Below are positions 19,666-29,026 of a DNA stretch of 64,000 nt, piece after piece. A program made the translations under genes and the position numbers. The stretch's first letter is position 1. Each line of letters opens with the position of its first letter. The notes under the pieces were generated by a model that had not been told where the DNA came from, did no database searches, and saw only the letters and a list, made by a program, of their open reading frames with translations. The stretch is from a virus. The stretch is taken from positions 32,001 through 96,000 of the IMG/VR virus record IMGVR_UViG_3300045988_165036. One strand, written 5' to 3'.

Positions 19666-20816
19666 TGAGTACTTTACGTGGCAAATTTATAGTTTGTTCT
19701 GATTTACACAGCCGTTACACAAACGCTTATGGTAAAAAACACAGACTCATGGAACTGTACAGGGCTGAAAAGGCAAATGGTGTTGAAATACACACTTGCG
19801 GAGACTTTGCTGTAACTACAGGGGGGCTATTTAATAGCTCCTCTTGGCTTACATACTACAAAATATTTCTCGATGAATGGACTGATTTGGGTGGAATTAC
19901 AACAGCTGGAAATCATGACAGTGGAAATAATTTCGGCTCTGTAAATGTAACAGACAATGGAGTTGAGTATACTGCAATTGAGTACTGGAAGAAGAAAACA
20001 GGAGCTGATGACAATTTAATCATACAAAGACAATTCAATGATGGAAGGGATGTTTTGTTGTCGTTGTCTGAAAATACAGGCAAAGTCGATGGTTATAGTC
20101 AAGAAACAATAAATCGTGTTAAAAGTGTTATCACAAATAACCCGGACAAAAGAATATTCCTATTTATGCACTACCCGTGCTGGAAACAAGTTGATAATAC
20201 AACAGCTGTTTATACTATAACTACAGACGGTACAGTAACAGAGAAAACATTTCCTAAAAACTCTTTTGCAACACGTTATGGAACAGGACAAACAGGTAAT
20301 TGGGTAAATCCAACAGCTTACCCAGATCCCACAGAGTTTCTAACGTGGCTCTCCAATCAGCCCAATGTAATTATAATCAGCGGACACACACACAATGACT
20401 GGAGACTGCAAGAAGAGAAACTTACCTATACAGTAAATGGAACAACATACGTCGGTGGTGAGTTTCCAAATCTAAAATTCTACCACGTTCCAAATGGTGC
20501 TTACATGATCAACATTCCATCAATCAGATATCGCACAGAAGATGCTGTGTTTTCCATTTACAATGACAAAGTGGTAGTACAAGGCAGGGCTGGTGTATAT
20601 ACAAGCACAGGTAATTATGTAAGTGGCGAAGTCGATGAAATGAATGATAATGACACGTGGGAAATCAGAGATCTAGGTCCGGCTTATCAATACACTATAC
20701 CGCTATCAGAAGAAGCCAGTACAGGAATAACAGCTTACAATTACAATGGTCAGCAAATAACAACAGTCTATAACAAAGCAGGGCAATCTATAGCAGCAAT
20801 ATATCCATATCAATGA
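19665..20816 (+). CDS. calcineurin-like metallophosphoesterase
   Basis: Motifs VCSDLHS (DxH), GDF, AGNHD (GNHD), MHYP, SGHTHND (GHTH). ATG 19665 overlaps the stop of the fibre gene. Confidence 0.8.
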   Translation: MSTLRGKFIVCSDLHSRYTNAYGKKHRLMELYRAEKANGVEIHTCGDFAVTTGGLFNSSSWLTYYKIFLDEWTDLGGITTAGNHDSGNNFGSVNVTDNGVEYTAIEYWKKKTGADDNLIIQRQFNDGRDVLLSLSENTGKVDGYSQETINRVKSVITNNPDKRIFLFMHYPCWKQVDNTTAVYTITTDGTVTEKTFPKNSFATRYGTGQTGNWVNPTAYPDPTEFLTWLSNQPNVIIISGHTHNDWRLQEEKLTYTVNGTTYVGGEFPNLKFYHVPNGAYMINIPSIRYRTEDAVFSIYNDKVVVQGRAGVYTSTGNYVSGEVDEMNDNDTWEIRDLGPAYQYTIPLSEEASTGITAYNYNGQQITTVYNKAGQSIAAIYPYQ

Positions 20817-20896
20817 CATGCGCTCAAATTCACGATATAAAAAAATATTTCGTTATAATAAATATTTACAGATATTTCAACGGTTTTAAAAACTAC

Positions 20897-20925
20897 TTGA
20901 CAAACTAATAATTTTAGTGTATAAT
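20897..20925 (+). promoter_or_regulatory. sigma70/sigmaA-type promoter
   Basis: TTGACA 20897-20902, 17-bp spacer, TATAAT 20920-20925. Confidence 0.7.
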
Positions 20926-21047
20926 AGGGGTGGTTGGGCGGGAATAGATAATAATAATATATGATATATAGTATATATATCAATGATTATATAATTGCTA
21001 TATATATGCTATATCATATCTGTACCATTTGTTCAACCACCCCTATT
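20923..21047. repeat. long inverted repeat enclosing an AT-rich palindromic core
   Basis: aataggggtggttg (20923-20936) is the perfect reverse complement of caaccacccctatt (21034-21047). Inner arms atatgatata (20960-20969) pair with tatatcatat (21011-21020). (TA)n-rich centre. Confidence 0.75.
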
Positions 21048-21098
21048 CTCCCTATTTAGAAAATCAAATTAAAGAAAGGAGGGCTACTTGTAAATTAT

Positions 21099-21821
21099 AT
21101 GATTGACGCAAAAGATTTTTTAAACGTGACAAGAGATATAATTGAACAGCAAATCAGAGATCGTTCGACCGATGCTGTTTGTGAAATTGAAAGTATTAAT
21201 GAAGATGGGACGCTTAACGTTTTCGTGCTACCGGATAAACAAACAATACTCAAAAATATAATTAATGAATCTCGGTATAACTTCAGGCGTGGAGATAATG
21301 CACTGCTATATAAGATTCATAACCGGCTGTCAGATTCATTTGTCGTCGCAAAATTTCGCCCGAAGCAAGAAGACGCTGGAATTTCCGAAAAGTCAGTACA
21401 AAGCCTTATAGATAATGCCCTACAAAATTATCAAGGTGGTTCTGGAGGAGATTCTGGCGGGATTCAAGGCCCTCCTGGACCGCAAGGCATTCAGGGAGAT
21501 GTGGGTCCTACTGGACCTGCTGGAACGGTCCCGCATTTTTACAGACACGAAATCGAGAATATGAGTACCGGAACAATAGATGGGATACGCTTTTATCTTG
21601 ATATGACAACTCAAAATCCTACAGAACAGCAAATTCTTGATGCTATACCGAATGGACTTGTTGGACAATTTCTTGAAATTGGAACCGGATGGTTGCCTTG
21701 TTCTATTTATTATAATAGTAAAACAAATAAAATATCTTTTTGTTCTCCATCGTATCAAAATATAGATGACGAACCGTCTTTGTTTAATTTTGGAGTGAAA
21801 AAGACAACACAATTATTCTAA
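21099..21821 (+). CDS. collagen-like repeat protein (fibre-like)
   Basis: GGSGGDSGGIQGPPGPQGIQGDVGPTGPAG tract. 240-aa ORF. Confidence 0.6.
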   Translation: MIDAKDFLNVTRDIIEQQIRDRSTDAVCEIESINEDGTLNVFVLPDKQTILKNIINESRYNFRRGDNALLYKIHNRLSDSFVVAKFRPKQEDAGISEKSVQSLIDNALQNYQGGSGGDSGGIQGPPGPQGIQGDVGPTGPAGTVPHFYRHEIENMSTGTIDGIRFYLDMTTQNPTEQQILDAIPNGLVGQFLEIGTGWLPCSIYYNSKTNKISFCSPSYQNIDDEPSLFNFGVKKTTQLF

Positions 21822-21827
21822 AACCAC

Positions 21828-21856
21828 TTGACAAATTAATCGTTTTGTGGTATAAT
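21828..21856 (+). promoter_or_regulatory. sigma70/sigmaA-type promoter (TG-extended -10)
   Basis: TTGACA 21828-21833, 17-bp spacer, TGgTATAAT ending at 21856. Confidence 0.75.
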
Positions 21857-21907
21857 ATATATTGCCTGGGAATCGAAAATTTTCCCCGGCAGAAAGTAGA
21901 GGATTTT

Positions 21908-22378
21908 ATGAGAAAGTTCGAAGAAGTAAGAGATGAGTTTAAAGTGTTTCCTGATGTGGAAACGAAACTCCCGGAGAGAAGTGATTCGCGAAGCGCGGGA
22001 TACGATCTTCATTCAAAAGAAGATTATGTGCTTCAGCCGGGAGAATCGCACACGTTTTGGACAGATGTGTGTGCGACAATGTTTTTTGACAATGTAATGT
22101 TTATTTTTGCGAGATCTGGTCTTGGATGTAAGAAAGGCGTTGTGCCTAGAAACTGTGTTGGCGTAATAGATCCTAGTTATTATGGGAATTCTTCGACGGG
22201 TGGAAATTTGGCTGTTTGTTTGGAAAATAACGGAGATGAACCGCTTGAAGTGAAGATTGGCGACCGAATTGCGCAAATTGTGTACTGCCGCTATCTTGTA
22301 ACTGATGATGATCGCTTTCTCTCGCGGAAGGCCGATAAGGTTGAACGCACCGGTGGATTTGGAAGCACGGGGAGGTAA
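21908..22378 (+). CDS. dut: dUTP diphosphatase
   Basis: Motifs SAGYDL, GVIDPSYYG, RIAQIV, GGFGSTG. ATG 21908 preferred over the longest ORF start. Confidence 0.85.
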   Translation: MRKFEEVRDEFKVFPDVETKLPERSDSRSAGYDLHSKEDYVLQPGESHTFWTDVCATMFFDNVMFIFARSGLGCKKGVVPRNCVGVIDPSYYGNSSTGGNLAVCLENNGDEPLEVKIGDRIAQIVYCRYLVTDDDRFLSRKADKVERTGGFGSTGR

Positions 22379-22383
22379 TGGGA

Positions 22384-22590
22384 ATGAAAGTCGTATTTTA
22401 TACAATTGGGTGTCCAAAATGCCGCGTGCTTGAAAGTAAGCTGAAGGCAAAAAAAGTTGACTTTGAGGAATGCAGAGATATTGAAATTATGCAGGAGAAG
22501 GGGTTTGAGAATGCCCCGATGCTCGAAGTGGACGGAACTGCGATGAGTTTCGGAGACGCGGTAAAATGGATTAATAATTTGGAGGCATAA
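22384..22590 (+). CDS. glutaredoxin/NrdH-like redoxin
   Basis: VVFYTIGCPKCRVLESKL has a CxxC in a thioredoxin-fold context. Lies directly upstream of nrdD. Confidence 0.7.
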   Translation: MKVVFYTIGCPKCRVLESKLKAKKVDFEECRDIEIMQEKGFENAPMLEVDGTAMSFGDAVKWINNLEA

Positions 22591-22595
22591 TATAT

Positions 22596-24512
22596 ATGGA
22601 AATTAGCATTAATCTTGATAATGATTTTGAACTGGAATTAAAAAAGCTTGAGGCAAAATATGGGGAAGAGATTACAAAAATTAACGGATTTTCTTCTGAC
22701 CAATTGGACTATACGAGTTTTATAGACAATTTTGTCGATAGTGATAATGTTGCTAATGCAACGATCGATCCTAATGCTAATGCTAATTCAAAGGATGCTC
22801 GTGGGCTATTAGACGAAATGAACAAGCCACACTCTAAATTATTGAGTTTTAATAAAATTTATTATGAAATCAAAAAGAAATATGACAAAAAAGTTGCAAA
22901 CAAATGGTTAGAAGATGAGTTTTCTGGTGCTCTTTATATGCATGACGCCCCCTCCTCTTCGTTTTATTCATATTGTTACGCTTATGAGCTTCAAAATTTA
23001 GCAGAAAAAGGATTATACTTTTTGCCGAAAAGCAATACAGAACCTCCGAAGCATTTAACAACTTTTATGGCACATTTGCGCGAATTTATTGTATGGGTAT
23101 CTAATAGAACCGCTGGTGCTTGCGCCCTTCCGAGCTTTTTTGTATATACGTGGTATTTTTGGAATAAGGATGTTCAAGAAGGATATTATTTAAAAAATCC
23201 AGAATACTACAGAAAACAAATGTTTCAGCAATTTATTTTTGAGGTAAATCAAATTCATACTAGAATAATTCAGTCCGCATATACAAATTTAATTATTATG
23301 GACCGTAATTATTTGACTGAAATTTTTGGAGACCGTCAATTCCCCGATGGCTCTTATGTTATTGACCACATTGAGGATATTATTGAACATCAAAAAATTT
23401 ATATGCAAACGGAATCAGAGATTCGTCACGAAGTATTTCACACATTTCCTGTTTATACATATTCTCTTCTGTTTCAAAATGGGAAATTTGTAGATGAAGA
23501 GTTTGCGCGCTGGTGCAATAAACAAAATCTTGATTGGTATGATAGCAATTTTTATGTCGGAGATTCTGTTACAAATCTCGCGTCGTGCTGTCGGATGCTT
23601 AACGATTTGTCGAAGCAGAAACAGTTCCAGTCTAGTATTGGGGGAAGTCTTGTTGAAATAGGATCTGTAAAAGTTAGCACAATTAATTTAATGAGGGTTG
23701 CATTGGAGTCCGGAGGAGACAAAACAAAATTTATTAAAATTTTAAAAGACAGAACGAAATTAAATATGCTCGTCTTGGATCGGGTTAGATACATTATTAA
23801 AAGGAATATTGAAAAGGGGCTTCTTCCAAACTATTCATACAATGTTATCAACTTGGATAAACAAACAACCACAAACGGTCTTACAGCAATGTTTGAGGCA
23901 ATCAAGTATATGGGGATGACGCAAACAGACGATTTGGGATGCATCAGCTACACGGATGAGGGTGTTAAGTTTGCTTGCAAAATTATGGACACGGTTAATG
24001 AATTACAAGATTCTGCTGGTTATGATTATAATGTGTCGTTGGAAATTATTCCGGCTGAATCTGCGAATGTGAAACTGTGTAAAAAGGATAATATTATTTA
24101 CCATAGAAATGAAGAGTTTATTTATTCAAACCAATGGACAAGTTTGATGGCAAAATGCAGTATTAATGAAAGAATTAAACTTGCTTCAATTCTTGATAAA
24201 AAGGCCGGAGGTGGTCAAATTCTCCACATTTCTCTTGAGGGAGCAAGGCTTACTGAAGACGAGAGCTGGAAACTGCTTAATCATATTGCGAACAGTGGCG
24301 TAATTTATTTTGCTTTTAATCCAAAACTTTCTTTGTGTGAAAAACAACATACATTTTTTGGAGAAGTATGTCCAATTTGCGGAAGACCAAAAGTAGATGA
24401 AGCAAGTCGTATAGTTGGTTATCTAGTAGCAACGTCTTCATATTCCAAAGATCGTAAGAGCGAATACGAAAATAGAATGTGGTATAAGGTCGGAGAAGAC
24501 CAATATTTGTGA
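22596..24512 (+). CDS. nrdD: anaerobic ribonucleoside-triphosphate reductase (class III)
   Basis: 638 aa. C-terminal Zn-ribbon CEKQ..CPICG followed by glycyl-radical motif SRIVGYL. Adjacent nrdG. Confidence 0.9.
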   Translation: MEISINLDNDFELELKKLEAKYGEEITKINGFSSDQLDYTSFIDNFVDSDNVANATIDPNANANSKDARGLLDEMNKPHSKLLSFNKIYYEIKKKYDKKVANKWLEDEFSGALYMHDAPSSSFYSYCYAYELQNLAEKGLYFLPKSNTEPPKHLTTFMAHLREFIVWVSNRTAGACALPSFFVYTWYFWNKDVQEGYYLKNPEYYRKQMFQQFIFEVNQIHTRIIQSAYTNLIIMDRNYLTEIFGDRQFPDGSYVIDHIEDIIEHQKIYMQTESEIRHEVFHTFPVYTYSLLFQNGKFVDEEFARWCNKQNLDWYDSNFYVGDSVTNLASCCRMLNDLSKQKQFQSSIGGSLVEIGSVKVSTINLMRVALESGGDKTKFIKILKDRTKLNMLVLDRVRYIIKRNIEKGLLPNYSYNVINLDKQTTTNGLTAMFEAIKYMGMTQTDDLGCISYTDEGVKFACKIMDTVNELQDSAGYDYNVSLEIIPAESANVKLCKKDNIIYHRNEEFIYSNQWTSLMAKCSINERIKLASILDKKAGGGQILHISLEGARLTEDESWKLLNHIANSGVIYFAFNPKLSLCEKQHTFFGEVCPICGRPKVDEASRIVGYLVATSSYSKDRKSEYENRMWYKVGEDQYL

Positions 24513-24522
24513 GGTGTAAATT

Positions 24523-25481
24523 TTGAACTGTTTTAACATATCCAAAATGGAGAGGATTAAGTTAGACAAAAAAGAAGTAATAGATGCGATTTACGAATGC
24601 AAAAGTCAAAAGGAAATGGCAAAAAGACTTGGATGTGGCACAGATAAATTACGAAAATTTTTAAATGTTAGTGGTTTATATGAGCTGTTTTGCTCTGTTC
24701 GTAACGTGCCGTATAAACCACAAAAATTATTACCTTGCGTAATTTGTGGAGAAACAAGAAATACGAGTAGTCTTCGTGGATGTTTTTATTGTAAAAGACA
24801 TTATAATCAAATGTATCGATATGGAAAAATAGTGGAATCAACCATTTATGATAAAAATGAAATAATTATTGATGGGGTATTGCTAAAATAATTATTAAAG
24901 ATAAAAACCAAAATTATAAATGCGAATCTATTATTGATGCAGAAGATGTCGAAAAAATTAAAGATTATAAATGGTATGAAAGTTATGGGTATTGTGTTAC
25001 AAAAGGAGTAAATCCAGAAAATGGGGTAGATATTTCTAATATAATATTTAATGATTTTGAAAGCCATTTTGATCATCAAAACCACGACAGACTAGACAAC
25101 AGAAAGTCTAATTTAAGACCGGTTTCTGCACATCAAAACGCAATGAATATGGGCAAGAAATGTACTAACAATTCTGGGGTTACTGGTGTTCAAAGACAAA
25201 ATAAAAATAGCCCTCGTTGGACGGCTGTAATTACCTATAATTATAAACCCATTTGGCTTGGAGCGGACGAAGATTTCGACAAGGTCGTTTTGTATAGACT
25301 TTTAGGAGAGGTTAAGTATTTTAAGGAATATTCACCGAATTATAATGTAGAGCGCAATGCGGTTTGTTTAAAATATCGTTCGCAAAGTGATAATATGCTT
25401 CATTATATTGAAATTGATATGGATGGGAATGTTTTACAAAATACTACTTGTCTAGAGGTATTGGAAGATGAAAATAATTGA
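24523..25481 (+). CDS. HNH-AP2 homing endonuclease, frame broken by a -1 shift at GGGG 24874-24877
   Basis: The N-terminal ORF (24523-24891) ends ..NEIIIDGVLLK*. The -1 frame continues GIAKIIIKDKN...DHQNHDRLDNRKSNLR (HNH_3-type) and SGVTGVQRQNKNSPRWTAVITYNYKPIWLG (AP2-type) through to 25481. Confidence 0.75.
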
Positions 25482-25941
25482 TTTAATTGATGAAGATTTC
25501 ATAAATTATAAAAAACCGTCCTTGTTTTTAGCACTCCCTTTTTGCACATTTAAATGTGAAAAAGAATGTGGAATTCAGTGTTGCCAAAACAGTTCTCTTG
25601 CGAAACAGCCGATTATTGAAATTCCAACAGAAAAGCTCGTTCAACGGTATTTGGAGAATCCAATCTCCGAATCCGTTGTTATGGGTGGAATGGAGCCATT
25701 GGACTCTTTCGAAGATGTTATCGAATTCGTATCTGTTCTTAGAAGACATGCTGAAGATCCTATCATCCTCTACACCGGCTACTACAAATCGGAAATCGAA
25801 GACAAAATCGTACAACTCCAAAAATTTCCAAACATTATTGTTAAATTTGGACGGTTCAAACCAAATGAACCGCATCATATAGATCCAATTCTCGGCGTGG
25901 AATTGGCGTCAACAAATCAATACGCCGAAAAAATTTCATAG
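25468..25941 (+). CDS. nrdG: anaerobic RNR activating protein
   Basis: Cys cluster FCTFKCEKECGIQCCQN. Size and position next to nrdD fit. Confidence 0.75.
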   Translation: MKIIDLIDEDFINYKKPSLFLALPFCTFKCEKECGIQCCQNSSLAKQPIIEIPTEKLVQRYLENPISESVVMGGMEPLDSFEDVIEFVSVLRRHAEDPIILYTGYYKSEIEDKIVQLQKFPNIIVKFGRFKPNEPHHIDPILGVELASTNQYAEKIS

Positions 25942-25957
25942 TCGAGGAGATTAAATT

Positions 25958-26164
25958 ATGGTAATAGCGAAAGTTAATGATGATGAAGAACTCGTCACGG
26001 AAATTAGAGCAGCAATCAAGGATAACGACGGATACTGTTGCTGCGCTATCAAGCGCGTTCCTGAAGTAAAATGTCCCTGCACTAATTTCCGTCAGATGCT
26101 AAAAGAGGGGCGTGTTGGGGAGACTTGCCATTGCGGGCTTTACGAAATTGCGGAAGTGCGTTAA
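25958..26164 (+). CDS. ferredoxin-thioredoxin-reductase-catalytic-subunit-like Cys-rich protein
   Basis: 68 aa with CCC..CPC..CHC arrangement (GYCCCAIKRVPEVKCPCTNF...ETCHCGLY). Confidence 0.45.
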   Translation: MVIAKVNDDEELVTEIRAAIKDNDGYCCCAIKRVPEVKCPCTNFRQMLKEGRVGETCHCGLYEIAEVR

Positions 26165-26192
26165 AAATAATTAAGAAAAGGAGATATAAATT

Positions 26193-26822
26193 ATGCCAAA
26201 ATTTTTAACAATTCCGACATGGTATGATAAAAATGGACAATTGAATCAGATGCTGACGGGAGACGCGAGAAGTGCAGGCGTTGGCCCTAAGAACGTTTCG
26301 ATTGGGGAGACTTCTTCGGCTGGCGTAGCTAATGGCTCCGGTGGAAGTGTCGTTATTGGATATGGTGCGAGCGGAGAAAACGACGCTGTTGCTGTTGGGG
26401 CTCTTTCGTCTGCAAAGACGGGAAGCATTGCCATCGGCCGCTCAATAATCGCTTCCGATGGGGGGATTGGCATTGGAGGAGGCGCGTCTGCCGGTCAGAT
26501 ACAATTAGGAAACAAAAGTACGAAATACGATCTGACGGTTGGCGATGGGAATGGAACGGCCAAAATCGGAACTCTTGTTTTGGGAGATGAGGTGTTACCC
26601 AATAATATTTCATCAGCGGGTCTTTATTTATGTACGGCGAAGGTGACCGTTGGTGAGAACACTTCATGGGCTTCTGGTCTTATTTGGATTAATCACATGA
26701 TAGTGAACGCATATGCCGTCAATGGCTCTGTCTCTTTTAACTATAGCGGAAGTAACCATACAATAACCTGCGAAGGGGTAGGGGCTACGTTGGAAAAGTG
26801 TTTTAAAATCTTCCAAAAATAA
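26193..26822 (+). CDS. G/S/A-rich adhesin- or fibre-like protein
   Basis: Repetitive SxGxxAxAxG-type segments (SIGETSSAGVANGSGGSVVIGYGASGENDAVAVGALSSAKTGSIAIG). Good SD. Confidence 0.4.
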   Translation: MPKFLTIPTWYDKNGQLNQMLTGDARSAGVGPKNVSIGETSSAGVANGSGGSVVIGYGASGENDAVAVGALSSAKTGSIAIGRSIIASDGGIGIGGGASAGQIQLGNKSTKYDLTVGDGNGTAKIGTLVLGDEVLPNNISSAGLYLCTAKVTVGENTSWASGLIWINHMIVNAYAVNGSVSFNYSGSNHTITCEGVGATLEKCFKIFQK

Positions 26823-27007
26823 ATATACTAAATATTTATAAACAGACATTATGATATTTAGACCGTCATGTACTCGATTGGCGTGATAAGTCATTGCTTT
26901 GGTGCACATATTTTTTTAAAAAAGAAATGGAACAGAAATTCCAATCCCTTTATGGGTTGGGTGGTTCGCAAATAAAAAAATATATTCTAAAAGGAGAAAG
27001 ATTTGAA

Positions 27008-28240
27008 ATGAATAAGAAAAGGTTGAAGATTTCGGTTTATGCGATTATGAAGGATGAGGAGCAATTCTTTGAACGTTGGATCGAGTCAATGTGGGATAAT
27101 GGAGAGGGGGCAGATGAGATTTGTGTTCTTGATACCGGGTCGAAAGATGGTTGGAAAGAGGCATTATATGCTTCCGCTCGTAAATTCGAGATTCCGACAA
27201 ATAACCTGATTCTTGATCAAAAGAGATATTCTCCTTGGAGATTTGACACTCCTCGCAATGACAGTATGAAACTGATTTCGGACGATGCTGATATTTGTAT
27301 TTGCACGGATTTGGATGAGGTCCTGAAACCCGGTTGGGGAACGGAACTTCGACGGGTTGCGGAAGAGAATCTGACAGCGGGTCAGATTTATTACTATTAT
27401 GCTTGGAGCAGCGATGAAGTGACAGGAGATGCGAAACGGTATTTTTGGTATAACAAGTGTCACCGTCACCCGAAATTCGGAGTTGAATGGAAATACCCTG
27501 TTCACGAAACATTAACATATACAGATGAGTATAACGCAATGTTTCCGGACAGCGCGAGAATGACTGATAAGACAATCTGGCTGTGGCATTACCCGGATCA
27601 GACGAAGAGTCGCGGAAGTTATCTTGGGCTTCTTGAGCTTCGTGCGCAGGAGTCTCCGGATGATATGTATGGACTGTATTACCTCGCCCGCGAATATACT
27701 TTCCGTGAAATGTGGGATAAAGCAATTCAATGGGGTTCGTATCTGCTTGCTCGAATCAAGTCAACGGGAAACGATGATATGCTGATGGAGCCTGCGTTGT
27801 ATGTTCTGCTTGGAGAAAGTTACGATAAAATTGGCGCGAATGATGATTGTGAATTCTGTTATCGAGAATCAATCAAGTTGCACCCGACATACCGCGACGC
27901 ATATATTCGACTGGCACAGAAACTCGCATACTCCAACCATCCTGCGGAATGTTTCGAAGTTCTGAAGGAGATGGATGAAAAGTCCGCCAGGGTTCAGGAC
28001 TGGAGAAATCTGGACTATATGTGGAGAAATTGGAAGGTCGGTCAAATTAAGGCGGATGCATTGATGTGGATGGGCAGATACGCAGAAGCCGCTGTCGAGA
28101 TGAGATCGGCACTTTATGATATCCAATCAGATGATGATAGGCGCGAAGCACAGCAAGAAGGGTTTTACGGAGACCTGAAATTTTTGCAGGAAGAACTGAA
28201 AAAGCGTTTCCCTGATCTTGTAAAAACAGTTGAAATTTAG
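27008..28240 (+). CDS. glycosyltransferase-like N-domain plus TPR-like C-domain protein
   Basis: LKISVYAIMKDEEQFFERWIES...CVLDTGSKDG...CICTDLDE (GT2-like DxD context). Helical-repeat C-terminus. Confidence 0.6.
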   Translation: MNKKRLKISVYAIMKDEEQFFERWIESMWDNGEGADEICVLDTGSKDGWKEALYASARKFEIPTNNLILDQKRYSPWRFDTPRNDSMKLISDDADICICTDLDEVLKPGWGTELRRVAEENLTAGQIYYYYAWSSDEVTGDAKRYFWYNKCHRHPKFGVEWKYPVHETLTYTDEYNAMFPDSARMTDKTIWLWHYPDQTKSRGSYLGLLELRAQESPDDMYGLYYLAREYTFREMWDKAIQWGSYLLARIKSTGNDDMLMEPALYVLLGESYDKIGANDDCEFCYRESIKLHPTYRDAYIRLAQKLAYSNHPAECFEVLKEMDEKSARVQDWRNLDYMWRNWKVGQIKADALMWMGRYAEAAVEMRSALYDIQSDDDRREAQQEGFYGDLKFLQEELKKRFPDLVKTVEI

Positions 28241-28262
28241 GAAAATCAGGATGTAATATAAA

Positions 28263-28291
28263 AAAGAGGGGATTGTACCCCTCTTTTTTTT
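28263..28291 (+). terminator. rho-independent terminator
   Basis: aaagagggg-attgta-cccctcttt followed by a T8 run. Confidence 0.85.
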
Positions 28292-28346
28292 GTGCGTTTT
28301 AGCAAAATAAATAAAAGTGGGTTTTTATTTTTATTTTCAAAACCTC

Positions 28347-28375
28347 TTGACAAAAATGGGTTTTTGTGGTATACT
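28347..28375 (+). promoter_or_regulatory. sigma70/sigmaA-type promoter
   Basis: TTGACA 28347-28352, 17-bp spacer, TGgTATACT ending at 28375. Confidence 0.75.
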
Positions 28376-28429
28376 ATGCTCAAGGCAGAGACCTGCTAAC
28401 ATCATATTATTGTAAAGGAGTTAGAAAAA

Positions 28430-29026
28430 TTGAAGGCAATTTTACCTGAAAACAAGAACACCGGGTTCAGCCCAAATCGAAAGCATAGAAGAGATATGCT
28501 TCAAACGTTAAATCGAAAGGCGAAGCGTCCGCTGACCAAAGATGAGTTCGAGCAGTTTTTGATGGTTCAGAGACTCCGTCACGGAGATGTGCGAGATGAA
28601 GACATTCGCAAGATGGCAGATGGTGGCGTTGCACATTACGACAATCCAGATAAGTTTCCGAACGGAATTGAGGTCCGGCTGAATTATGCAGAGATTTCGC
28701 AAAGAAAGCGGGAGGACTTCCGAGAAGAGTATTGGCAGTGGATCGAAGAGCATAAAGATGGCGTGTTCCATCTTGATCGTGAGGAAAACGCAAGCTCGCT
28801 TGTTTGTCTCGCGGAAGATGAAAGATATCGCGAGATGGACGGAGAAAGGGTTCGGATTCCGAGATGGGAGTTTGACTTGTTTGCGGACCTGCTCGTAAAA
28901 AACGATGAGGGGGAATTCGTGTCTCCGTGGGACATTCCTGATAGCACAGAAGATTTTGTGTCGGCTGAGGAATTGACGAAGCAGCTTGATGACAACAAGG
29001 AGGAAGTTGGAAATGTCGATAATTGA
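28430..29026 (+). CDS. hypothetical protein
   Basis: 198-aa ORF. SD aaaggag before TTG 28430. Confidence 0.55.
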   Translation: MKAILPENKNTGFSPNRKHRRDMLQTLNRKAKRPLTKDEFEQFLMVQRLRHGDVRDEDIRKMADGGVAHYDNPDKFPNGIEVRLNYAEISQRKREDFREEYWQWIEEHKDGVFHLDREENASSLVCLAEDERYREMDGERVRIPRWEFDLFADLLVKNDEGEFVSPWDIPDSTEDFVSAEELTKQLDDNKEEVGNVDN

